Below, piece by piece: positions 34,910 to 46,683 of a DNA stretch of 64,000 nt. Origin of the DNA: Oopsacas minuta (Eukaryota > Animalia > Porifera). A program made the position numbers and the translations under genes. A model generated the notes under the pieces. The model ran no database searches. It was given only the letters and a program-made list of their open reading frames with translations, and had not been told where the DNA came from. The stretch is from positions 372,001-436,000 of the forward strand of contig JAKMXF010000110.1 in assembly GCA_024704765.1 (NCBI GenBank), given 5' to 3'. The stretch's first letter is position 1. Each line of letters begins with the position of its first letter.

Positions 34910-37555
34910 ATGCTCTATCGCTGCATTGAGCAAATTAGACGTGGAAACTCTCAAACAGTTTTCCTATGTTTTATGATCCTATTCTTCCTCAACAAGTTGC
35001 TCTTTTCTAACACACCACCAGTTACACACATTGATACACCCTCCTGTATTGATCCTAACACATGTATACAAGAGTACACATCTTATCTCTACACAATCAT
35101 AAGTTACTTCTCATTGAATGCCATATCATGGCATAGATTATTGTATTGGGGTGTTACGCTATGTATCTGGTATGTATTTGGTCGGAAATTTTTCTACACA
35201 TCTGAAGCGATGGTATCATTCATCACACAAATATCATTATTAATGTTCCTTGATTTATTTTTTTTATTCTTCCTGACTTGTTTTATGTTCGCGTTTGTGT
35301 GTATGAGTATTTATTGTTCTGTTTACACAATCGCGAGTTTTTTCAAAACAGCTCCGAGAGAGATTAAACGGAATTGGGGAAATTTCCCGAAACACACCAA
35401 GCGGATCGCGGATAAGATAACAGGACATAATATTGATTTATACAAATGTGTGTTGGACGTTAGTAATGTAGTTGTAGGAGAGAGCAGTTGTCTGTCAATT
35501 AATCTGATTAACGGAAAGAGAGAATCTTATAAATTCAAGAAAGATGATGTATTCATGACTGAAGTTACCTGGACTAGTAATAACCAAATAATCCCTGTAG
35601 TTATTGAACCAACTGACCTAACCGATACAACAAGTATACGTGTTAGTTTCACGTGTTATACAGCAGGAGAATATTCTATAAAAGCTACTATTAATTCAAG
35701 AGATTTTCCTAAGACACCAATTTTCCATTGTGCTGTAGCAGATAAGCCAGATCCAGGGCATTCACTTGTTGATTTAAAATCAGATTGTCTAGTTGTAGGA
35801 GAGCATGAGCAATCAAGTATAACTGTATTACCCCGTGATCAATATGATAATGAAGCTGCAATGCTTCCTGAGAAATTAAAACTCATATTCTTGGACACGG
35901 AGGAGCCAGCATTCTCTAGCTCAGTGGAGCGAGATCTGACAATCTATTTAACTGTTCTTCAGTGTGGAGTATTCAGATGTTGTATACAATATGATGGTGT
36001 AGTGGTGGGTAGCGGGGAATTCTTTGTAATTGTACTAACTATTATGAATCTTAGTAGACTTGAAAATGATATTCAAAACGATAATCCTCTTTCTATAACT
36101 GTTTCAATCTCAAACTTAGAAAGCAAGCAAACAAAGAAGAAAATTCAATGTCAAGTTACTCCCAAACAGCTAACTTTTACTGAGTATTTTCTCATATTTT
36201 TCCCTTCAAGATTTGCTACATTTAGAATGAGGCCGGCTACTAAAATAATGATAGACAACAATTCAAATTCAGTTTGTATTAACGATGGGAAACAAGATCA
36301 AATGAATGTACTATTTAGCTTGGAAGAAAATCGTCAACTTTTCATTGCATATTTTAATAAATTCCTTTTGAAGAATTTAGGAGGTTCTTCTGATTTTGAA
36401 GAAAAAAAGACACATTTTTACCAGAAACTTAAAGTCGCTGTTAGCAAAAATCGACACGGAACTCATTATATTACAATTGACCGTGAAAATTTGCTTAAAA
36501 ATATGATTAACCATTCAAAAGATTTTAGTCCATCACAATGGCATAAGAAATGGTATGTAGAATTTAAAGGGGAAGAAGGTATGGACTACGGGGGCGTTAG
36601 TAGGGAGTTGTTTGGCGTTTTGAGTCGACACATTTTCACACCAACAAATGATAACCAGTTTTTTGTATATTTTGAAGGGAACGCTAATCCCTTGTCACAT
36701 CCCAACCCAGCAATAGACCTCAAACAATCTGAACAGGTTTATATACTTATCGGACGTTTAATAGGAAAATGTTTGATAGAAAGCGCGTGCGGGAATCCTA
36801 TTTTCCTAGAAGCGAGACTCACTCGCTCGTTCTTAGCTCAGCTGCTGGGATTGAGAGTCTGTGCGACATATTTCGCGACGGATGATAAAGCTTTATATAG
36901 AGGTAAAATTCAATACATGAATGAGTCAAATAATGTTGAAGAATTAGAACAATATTTCGTAGAAGAAGAATTAGGGAAGGACGGATCCGTTCTTAAGACA
37001 GTACCTTTAAAACCTGGAGGTGCTGACATACTTGTAACACAAACAAACAAACTACAGTATTTAGATTTATTAGCTAACTATAGACTATGTAAGCGTGTTA
37101 GTAAGCAAATTGAGTTGGTATGTCGTGGATTATACGAATTAATACCTGATACATTACTCAGTGTATTTGATGAGAGCGAGTTTGAGCTGTTAATATGTGG
37201 AATAACTACGTATGATATTAAAGAATGGAAGGATAGCATTAACATTTGTACTACAGATAGACAAGTATTTCCTAATCTCTTGTCTTGGTTTTGGACTTTA
37301 GCAGAGAGCTTACCACAGGCTGGGAGAGCTAGAATTGTACAGTTTACAACCGGAAGTGGTCAACTTCCACCTGGAGGGTTCGATTCACTATCTCCCAGAT
37401 TTCAAATAGGTTTAAGTCCATCTAGTCACAAACTCCCAACAGCACATACTTGTTTCAATCAATTACTCCTACCTAATCACTCTACATACGAGGAGTTTAG
37501 ATGTATGTTTAATTTAGCTATGAAAGAGGGGGCTGAAGGATTTGGAATGGTTTAA
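34910..37555 (+). CDS. AREL1: Apoptosis-resistant E3 ubiquitin ligase 1-like (TM segments, filamin/Ig repeat, HECT), intronless
   Basis: N-terminal hydrophobic segments; filamin-like SFTCYTAGEYSIKATIN..PDPGHS..PRDQYDN; TPKQLTFTEYFLIFFPSRFATFRMRPATK; HECT VEFKGEEGMDYGGVSRELF..WFW..IVQFTTGS.QLPPGGF..LPTAHTCFNQLLLP with catalytic Cys. Confidence 0.9.
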   Translation: MLYRCIEQIRRGNSQTVFLCFMILFFLNKLLFSNTPPVTHIDTPSCIDPNTCIQEYTSYLYTIISYFSLNAISWHRLLYWGVTLCIWYVFGRKFFYTSEAMVSFITQISLLMFLDLFFLFFLTCFMFAFVCMSIYCSVYTIASFFKTAPREIKRNWGNFPKHTKRIADKITGHNIDLYKCVLDVSNVVVGESSCLSINLINGKRESYKFKKDDVFMTEVTWTSNNQIIPVVIEPTDLTDTTSIRVSFTCYTAGEYSIKATINSRDFPKTPIFHCAVADKPDPGHSLVDLKSDCLVVGEHEQSSITVLPRDQYDNEAAMLPEKLKLIFLDTEEPAFSSSVERDLTIYLTVLQCGVFRCCIQYDGVVVGSGEFFVIVLTIMNLSRLENDIQNDNPLSITVSISNLESKQTKKKIQCQVTPKQLTFTEYFLIFFPSRFATFRMRPATKIMIDNNSNSVCINDGKQDQMNVLFSLEENRQLFIAYFNKFLLKNLGGSSDFEEKKTHFYQKLKVAVSKNRHGTHYITIDRENLLKNMINHSKDFSPSQWHKKWYVEFKGEEGMDYGGVSRELFGVLSRHIFTPTNDNQFFVYFEGNANPLSHPNPAIDLKQSEQVYILIGRLIGKCLIESACGNPIFLEARLTRSFLAQLLGLRVCATYFATDDKALYRGKIQYMNESNNVEELEQYFVEEELGKDGSVLKTVPLKPGGADILVTQTNKLQYLDLLANYRLCKRVSKQIELVCRGLYELIPDTLLSVFDESEFELLICGITTYDIKEWKDSINICTTDRQVFPNLLSWFWTLAESLPQAGRARIVQFTTGSGQLPPGGFDSLSPRFQIGLSPSSHKLPTAHTCFNQLLLPNHSTYEEFRCMFNLAMKEGAEGFGMV

Positions 37556-38816
37556 TTGGCTAATTGTGTGTCTGAATTTGGAGCAAATATTGATTGTGTA
37601 TCATATTGTGTATTGTATTGTGTATTGTATTGCTTGTGAATTGAATTTGAGACTTTTCCTTAATGATTCTTTTCATTTAACTAAATTTCTATTTTTATAT
37701 GATTTCTATTAATAGCTTGACGCAGAGCTGGGGCCTTGGGCTCAAAATTGAGGGTATTTTTCGTTGCAGAACGTTTGAATTTCTCCTAACCTCAGTGATT
37801 CTTGACCCGAGGGTTCACGGACCTCTAATGAGTTTATAGGAAATAGACTAGGATCCAATGGATAACATAAACAATTAATCAACTATTCACCATATTTAGA
37901 AGCTGCACTAATAGAATAGCAATTGGGATGCAGTGAATATACAAATTCCATAAATATCTGTATTTATCCATTGTTAATAGTCTTCTCATGCATTCATCTA
38001 CTCATCAAACTAGGTTCTATAAGTTTATCAAATTACTGAGTTACTAATTGAGTAGATTACACACTTGATATTGTGACTAGTAGATAGTCCATGTACTGAT
38101 TTATCTACTTTACACTCTCTTCTATAAATTTAACTAACCATTAAATCTCTCTAAATCGTGAGGTTTATCAATATATAATTTACTCATAAGAGATATCTCC
38201 TTGTTTGTTCCATCATAGTTTTACACTAAGAGACTTGTTTCTGCTCGAATACATTTGATATCCGTTATCTCGAACCTTCAGATCAAGACGGTTATTCGTG
38301 TTTGCAGATGTCCACTGAATTACCATTGTTTTCACTATCACCAATAAATTTATAATGCCAAATAAAAGACAAGGAAACTTAATATTATCATAAAATACTC
38401 AGTGAATAGAGGAATGCGTGTAATTAATTATTTATATGAGGACAACAGGAATCGAAAAATTTGGGTCGGTTATTAAACGCATTTATCTCAGCTTTTAGGA
38501 CACACGAGTGGTTATACAGCGCTATAGACCCCCACCTGAAATTTGTGCCTCACAGATTATGATGCCCTTGATGTTCTCCTCCAGTACTCTGATAAAGCTT
38601 AAATCCTACCTCTAAATATATATAATTGTATAATGACTCACGTATCTCAGTTTAATCAAGTTTAATAGCAAATTGCTAATTAAAGAATCAATTATACAAA
38701 AGTTAGTGGGAATGATGTGTGGTGTCTTGAATTTAAATACAGTCCGTAAATATACGTTGATCATTATTTATTTAATATACTCTCCATTTATGGTTGTTGT
38801 TGTTTATGCTAAATAA

Positions 38817-41800
38817 TTAGCTAACAACTAGTGTACCATCTCTCTCTAGGCTCCCATACGTCATGGAGGGAAGATTGTATATTAGGTCAGGGACTGTATC
38901 GTTCTTTGAATAGCTGTTCTTCTTCTTTGCGAATTTTGGTGGTTTCATTGGTTTTTCTGGACCTTGTACGATTCCTATTGAAATATAATTAAATATTAAA
39001 TATTCTGGTCATTTGACAGGTAAATTCGAGAATAATTATATTTTCGAATTTAGTTGACAACTTCATCTTAGATAAAATTTGGGTAATTCCGTTGTATATT
39101 TCATTGTGTATTATTTATTCTAAAGTGTATGGACCTATTTGGAGACTATCTGGATGGAGAGCCTTGAAGTCCTGGAAGAGTTGGTATGTGTTTGGAGGTT
39201 TTGGTTCAGTTGGAAGTAGAATATTTTCTTTAATCAATTCATCGACTAACAACATCAAATCTTGCATGAATTTGTCGTGATCTAGCTTTGTTGTTTCTCC
39301 CATTACTGTAATATACTCTAATAGTTCATTAGATTCCAAAGATAATAGAGTTTCTAAAGAATACAATCAATAAATATTTTTTCTTGTTTTGGGAAAATTT
39401 ATGACAAAAGTTACTTACTTTTATTCATTTTTAATATTAATATTGAAGCTGCCATTATAACGCCTGGTCCATCTAGAAACACTGCATCCCATATCCTGAG
39501 CACTAACTCATAAGGTAATACTCCGAAAAACATCTGTACTAACATCTTAGCTAAGTACATGGTCTCTGGTACCTCCCACTTTTTCTACAAAACAGAATAA
39601 TAAAACATTTTCAATAAAAGGATATTTTCATGAATTTGTTAAGAAAAATCTAAATAATTACTTACAAAGTGTGCATCTATCTTTGGTATCAGTCTTTCTC
39701 TCAACAAGCAATGATGTCCTGTGAATATGTGGAACTTGCTCATATTTTCTGTATACATTTCTACAAACACAAACAAATAATTACTATCAATTAATTGTAT
39801 TCTAAATCTATTTAGAATAATATGAAACAAATTTTAATAACTTGGAACATCCTCTGGCTTCATTCGTAATATTGATTACCCAAGATTTATCCTCACAACA
39901 TTCCTTACAAAATACACTATCCATGCACAATTCATATTACTACATAAGTCAATACTATTATTAGGAGATTATACGCGTAATTACGAATCTCATAATTAGA
40001 ATTTAATTATTTTATCAGTAAACTTACTGATAAGCGTTATTATTAATTGATTAACTTGTTGCATAAGTTTAGGTACATACAATCTCCGCCCCTGAATAAG
40101 TCATGATTACAATTTAACTTTATAGTGCTAGAATTGGGCGTGTACATATATCTTCTTATAATTTCAATTTTACCTTTTATCATTGCATTTCTCCGAAACA
40201 TAAAAGAGTTGGAAAATTTGTCGTGCATTTGCTGAATGGAAAATGGAAATGCTCCCTGCGTTATACGAATATTTGAATAAAAAAGAACAGACAACTTTAT
40301 CTTATAACTCTGCTTAATCCGATATTATGTATTATACGTATTCAAGGATAGCGGGGGCGAACTATACACAGGCTACATGGTGAATTTCTTTTGTTTGTTG
40401 ATCGATTTCCCAAGTTAATGTATAATGTATACTCTGTTTGGACGTATTTTGTGTAGAAAATCAACATATACAAATAGTATAAGTTGTCAATAACAGCACT
40501 CGAATATCAATGAATTACTGTAATGACCATTGCTACTTAATACGAGTAAGCCAAAACTAATATCGACGTTTCTATATAGTTAGTTCGTTGTAAATTTATT
40601 AAAAAGTACTAAATACATTTTGAAAGATAACATATACTTACCATGCATCTCATATTTAGTGTTAGTGAGGGAAATTAGTGCCCAGAATGCTTCTTCTTCT
40701 TCTCTCAAATACATTAATAATAATCCTGTTACTGAAGCCATACCTTGACAATACCCTATCCTCTAAAGAATGTACTCAAGTAAATATTTATACAATCAGC
40801 GACAGGAAAGCTTGTTATGAACCAAGCCAGTTGCCACAATAAAATCATTCCTATAGGATTTGTTTTAAAATATTTTTACTAAATATGAAGTCTCTTTATT
40901 GTGAGCAAGATTTTTGCCTCATGTGGTCCACATATGAGACCCTGACTGTATTGATGTCAGCTAAATAGCTATCATTACCAAATATTATCACAATTAATAC
41001 GTACGAATTAACTGCAGATGAGTGTATCACACACGTATACATGATCAGATGTTCAAATTGCAAAGGAAACACAATTTCCAATTATAAATCCTGTCTATGG
41101 AGATATCACATGTGAGATTTGCTAAGGTAGAATTTGGCAATGAAGTGAAGTTATAGCACAAAACATCTGATTAGTTTACATTGACTCAGTAGTAGTTGTA
41201 TATGATATTTCGTTAATATTTAATCGACTGTTCACCTTATTAAACATTGAATAAGCTGAGAGCACGTGGAATAGAGCTTGTTGTCTAAAAGATATAATTC
41301 ATAAGATAAGTAATATTGTACTTAAGTGCTAACAGATGATTTTGAGGTTATTCAGCTAAATTAAGCTTCGTAGATTTTCGCTTGTGGATAATAAATATTT
41401 CGTGTGTATGAGAGTAACCTATGATTAGCTAATAGTTCACTTTTCTACAACTATCAAGATATTAAAAAGTTCCTCGAAATTATGCTGAATTGGTTAGACA
41501 GAATTGATGAAAAATACATTTCCTTTCAACTCTAATCTCTTTGATATTTACAGTTCAGATCTGCTATCTGGAACCATCAGTCGAGATGGCGGATATTCGA
41601 GTATTGGATATCAAATAACAATTGTACTGAGATTTATTCTATGTGTTATTCACAATTTTGTTGAACTATTTCCTAAAATTCTAAGGATTTCCTTTTGGGT
41701 TAATCGAACCATTTTAACGGTAATTAAACTATTGAATACCACTGCAGTACTTTACTAAGGCCAGAATTAAACATGAGTTTCATTAATGTGAGGTTTTCAA

Positions 41801-44800
41801 AGAGTATGAACCATTCTGTAAATGTAATAATCTATAAAACTTACTTTGAACTATATCTCTCCCTGAAGTGCACATGTTCCCTCAGTGTCCTCATAACATC
41901 AACATCTATCTGCATTAAGTCAGGACTATACTCTCTGGCAAGGAATTTTGCTCGCTAAAAAAGAAATACAATCTGTGTAACAAACGTATAGTATACGTCA
42001 CTATGTTCATTTCACACAAGATCTCCTTCTGTCTATATCTATTGAAGTGGGTACCATGATTTGTTCAAAGAATATCAGATTACTTGTTTCTGCCTTCGAA
42101 CTAGGTTAAAGTTTTTCAAAGCATTGACTATCTAATCTAATTCTTGTCAGAGGTTAGGCCAGATACGGGCATTTTTAAGCATAATTGTTTCTTAATTGGT
42201 GGTAGAATACAGGTGTAATAGGTTGTCTTCCTTTATAATCGTTCTAACTGTGTTACGCCCTATTCATCGTATTATATTTGTGCTTTTGTATTATAAACCT
42301 AATTACAATCAGGGGCGCTTATCATGAATCAAGCGAGTGGCCCTAATAATACCATTTCCATAGGATTTGTATAATTTTCCTTAATATTAAGTGTAAGATT
42401 TTTGATCCCTTGCCGTGGGGGTTCATAATAAGCGACCCTGATTGTATTTTAATTAGTTTGTTATTGGATGTTGTGTACTCATAATTAATTCCAGGCGACT
42501 ATTTTTCATTTGAAAATCCCTGTGGCATAATGAACTGATCAATTAAATTCAAACTTTGTACCAATTCACTTACACAAGTCATTAGTTCCAATATTAATAC
42601 TGAAGTTGTCAATTATCTTATGAACATTATATTGAGTAATTAATCAAGATGGTACAGTATGTTCCACATTACATCATGAAAAATAATTTAGCTGATTCCC
42701 AAACTACACAAACAAAATTTGATGATAATAGAACTAATTAATTAGAAATACATATATTGAAAGTTCTAATAATTAGATATTGTACAATAATTCAAAAGTA
42801 AACTGAAAGTTACTTATAATTAAACTTAACAATTTTTTCATCAACAAAAAGGTGATGTGTGTTACCCGGATTTGAAATGTAAATGAACTAATTCCTTTTT
42901 TGGTATTATACAGATGGCTGGCCTTGCAAGGTTGCAGTTCTTTTCGATTTCAGTTTTATATCAAAACATATTATTACTTAATCTAACACGATTTGATATA
43001 CGATTGAGTAGCTATTAATGGAGCGTAGTGCTGAATCTTTTCTGTTATCACAGAATTACTTTATCTTATTTATTAATTAATTAATTAAGAAGTTCATTGT
43101 AATAATGTTAGTAATTCATTATCAGCTGATTTATCTGAATTGGACTGATGCAAATTTCAGTATTTTGCTAAAAACTTAATTTGCAAATGTGATCTGAGGT
43201 AAATGCTCTAATACGTGTATTTGTAACTGGTAAAACCTTAACAGACAGCAATATCTACTGCGCTGTGTAGCTATATTAAATACGTAGTTGTGATATATTT
43301 AATGGTAAGAGGAATAAGTATTCGTCAAAGAGCATTACCTCGTATATATCTTTTGACTTTATACTATCAAGTGCAAGTATTTTAGACCATACTGGACCTC
43401 GAAGTGAGTTAGGAATTCCTTTATATATTCTCCTCCTTAACTAAAGATTATTAAACAAATAATACAGAAAATATCACATAACTATGAAGAAGAATAGTTT
43501 ACACTTTAGCAGTATTTTAATGAACAAACCTTATCTGAATTTCTATATTTAGTCTCCCATTCTGTCCCGATCATTTTATTCCACTTCTGAGCTCGTTCTC
43601 TCTCAATTTGTTGCAACTGTTAATAAATACATTTTAAAATGTGCATTTTGCAACAAACTGCAAACCTCGCTTATACAAATATTTCATTCAGTGATATAAT
43701 TTGCAATTTAATTTCTTGTATAATTAGTTATTCCATGCAAACATCCATAAATAGCATTTCTGGATATACAATGATCATTTCCTTACTTAATAGCTAGACA
43801 ATCTTTCAATAATACTACAATTTCCTGCTGACATAATTCCTATCCTATTCCAGATACAAACTGAATTAATCTCGATCAGCATAGCAGAGTCTCCCTAACC
43901 TTAATATAAATTTAATTGTACGTATAATGATGGAGTTTCAAATAACAATCATTACGTATTCCTGACCTTGAATTTATTATTAATGAATTGTAATTGAGTA
44001 TATTGCAATTATTATTGCATTCAGTTGCTGAATTTCTAGAAATTTTACTACAGATAATTGTCAATTATGTATAATAATTGCAGAATTCGTATTACTGCCA
44101 TGTAGGTGAACGCCCAGAGGTTGGTAATATGAAATACTGCTAGTAACATCTATAAACTCGTGCTTTTCATAATTATCTGTGATTACCCTAGTAATATTAA
44201 AAATGTGAGGACATTTCTCCTGCTTGCATATTCGCTTTGAAATTTATACTTCATCTAAGTTGGAGCATGTTGCATACATGAGTGTGTAGCTCTAACCAAT
44301 TCTTCAATCAAGTTGGCAAAAAAATAACGAGTTTTAATATACAGAGGAACTTCGTTAATACGAACACGGTTAATACGAATTTCCGAATAAGACGGACAAA
44401 TATTTACACAATATCAGGCCCCTACAATGATTATCCAATTGATATTACTCTGGTAAATACGAACACCGAATAAAGCGAATAATTTTTGACCATCTGTTTG
44501 TGTTTGTATTAACGAGGTTTCATTGTATATGATTTATGGAGATTTTGGAAATTGTTAGTATGCAATTACGGTGCCTGAGAAAGGCGGTCTTTTATTAACA
44601 GCATTAAATCAATTTATATCTAATTAGATAACTCACTTTTGCACTGGTTGTAGGAGGCACTCGTTTGCTAAAAAAGAGAAAATTTGTAAGTTCGTTTGGG
44701 AGAGGAGACGATAGAAACCTTTATCAAATCTAATGCTATAAATTGAGATTCCTTTTCAGGATTTGAAGGAATATTCCCTGACATAATATGGTCTCAATAT

Positions 44801-45331
44801 TGCAAGGTTGCAGCTTTTGAAAGATGTCATAACGGAGAATCTATTGTATGCTTGTAAATGAACTTAGCAACGGTATTGTATAACTGGAATGTTTCTTATT
44901 GTAAATTATAGCATTAGTCTTATAACCATTGTGTAATCAGAAAGAAGGAAATTTATCGAAGAAATCAACAGATTTTACTTGATTTGAAGGGAATTAAACC
45001 TAAAATGAGATAATCTGTTTTAAGAATTATTGTTGATAACTTACTGCATAAATCCATGTCTGTCTGTATGTGTGTACACATCAAAATTTGGATCTTCCCA
45101 AGCCTCAATTACTGCACCTTCTCTTCCCTAAATGTATAGAAAATTGTAAAAATATCAAGGATAATATTGATACAGGAAACATACATGATCGTAGTTGAAT
45201 AGAATCTCTCTCCTTCTCTCTGGTGTTGTATAATTCCCCTTTCTCAAGCCCTGATTATCTAAGGTAATATCTTGTCCGTATGAGATTGATAAAGTTGGTG
45301 AAACCATTCTCTTTTCTGCTCTGTTAGCCAT
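38817..45331 (-). CDS. USP6NL: USP6NL/RN-tre-like TBC-domain Rab GTPase-activating protein, 11-12 exons
   Basis: Minus-strand exons: 45331-45185, 45127-45045, 44667-44637, 43616-43530, 43440-43339, 41954-41845, 41284-41236, 40762-40642, 39760-39666, 39584-39419, 39353-39135, 38974-38817. Motifs: GREGAVIEAWEDP..TDRHGFMH; ERAQKWNKM; LRRRIYKGIPNSLRGPVW; QIDVDVMRT (R-finger) LREHVHFRERY..QQALFHVLSAYS; IGYCQGM (Q-finger); EEAFW; LPYELVLRIWDAVFLDG. The last exon depends on a weak GTCCAT donor; the gene may instead stop at 39115. Confidence 0.92.
40793..40948. mobile_element. MITE family B copy (USP6NL intron)
   Basis: TA|CAATCAGC..GTTATGAACCAAGCCAG..AAATCATTCCTATAGGATT.. ..GAGACCCTGACTG|TA. Confidence 0.65.
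42306..42444. mobile_element. MITE family B copy with best-preserved TIRs (USP6NL intron)
   Basis: TA|CAATCAGGGGCGCTTATCATGAA .. TTCATAATAAGCGACCCTGATTG|TA: about 23-bp inverted termini with TA flanks. Confidence 0.85.
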
Positions 45332-46683
45332 TTTGTGAATTAGGTTTTGAATATGAGAATATATTATTTCTAGCGTTTAATACGTTTCATTTTTACATAC
45401 ACTTGCTGCTATTTATACTGTAATTCTAAATGATAGCTATGAACCATGGATTTCTCCCTGAATTCCTACCGCTATATTAATTTGAATTTTTGTATAATTT
45501 CTCCCTATTCAGGGAATGAATTCGAAAACATATTTCATGAATGCATGTCCCTATAGTTCTGTTATTCATATAATTGTTTCTATAAAAGACATCTCAAATT
45601 TCTATTGTTCATATATACGTATATCCATAGCAGTTGATATGGCTATAAGGAATGTTATCGCTATATTTGAATTTATTATGCGGGTTATGCTTTATAGACT
45701 TACATTGTTTTGTCTAATTAGTATTTGTAGTCAGAGAGACTTACGTCTGTAGGAGGAGGGATTGTTGGAAAGATAGCGTGGATGGGATCAGGTATTTGAA
45801 TTAATTACTGTAGCATTTAGCTCTCTCCATTTCTTATTGTAGTTCATTGCTAAATATGGAAACTATATTGGATATTATTATGTCGGTTATTCACTCCATT
45901 CTTCATCTAAACAAACGTATTTTTTTGCATGAAATTCACATGTTTATTACACTAGCCAAAAGAGCTATATACTTGCATTACTATTAGAATAACTGCAAAG
46001 GAGCGAACATCACTGGAATTTCAAAAGCTTTAATTTGTCCTTCAAACTTCTATTACCAAAGTGAAAGTTTAAACCTTTGATTTTTTGTACAATCCATTCT
46101 CATAATTGTGACTGTCTTTTAGTTCATTCATCCGTGGTGTGGTGGTATTTAGTTTGCTAGTTCTGGATGGCCTATAAACTCTTAATCTGCAGTACACATA
46201 CTCTCATTAATTTGGATAGCAGACTGACAAATTTCATACACTTTATCCGTAGTACTTACTTATTAGGTAAAAAAAAGCACTCAAGTGACGAGTAATTATA
46301 TGTATTTTCCGGTTATATTCTCAGCAAATAGCTATCCTTGTTTACTGACCAATTTAAAAGCTTATATCAGTTCACAAACGTTCAAGATTAATATGGAAAA
46401 TATTTGAGTAGTACGAGTTTGTATTTGTTTAAATTTTGGGGAAGATTTGAAGCTCATATAAGTGAATTTTAATTAACTGTACACAATTAACAACAGTTCA
46501 ACTTGCATCATTTAACAAATTACATTTACCAAACATTCACCATACAACAATGTATTTATAAAAATTCTAACTAAAAATTTGCAGATGAACTAAAATAATT
46601 TTAAGAGAAAGATAGAGAGAAACTCGATTGCGTATCAGAGTTTAACAGAGGTCAGTTCTTCCACTTTTGATTGTTCTTGTGAG

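Noticed and set aside
17468-37555. Putative apoptosis/ubiquitin gene cluster (receptor, UBA-PARP, TNFAIP8, AREL1)
   Set aside because: The shared theme comes from human gene names. There is no shared regulatory motif or operon-like evidence, so chance adjacency is the default.
39115-39830. ORFs 39115-39366 and 39639-39830 as independent small genes
   Set aside because: They are exons of the USP6NL-like gene plus flanking intron.
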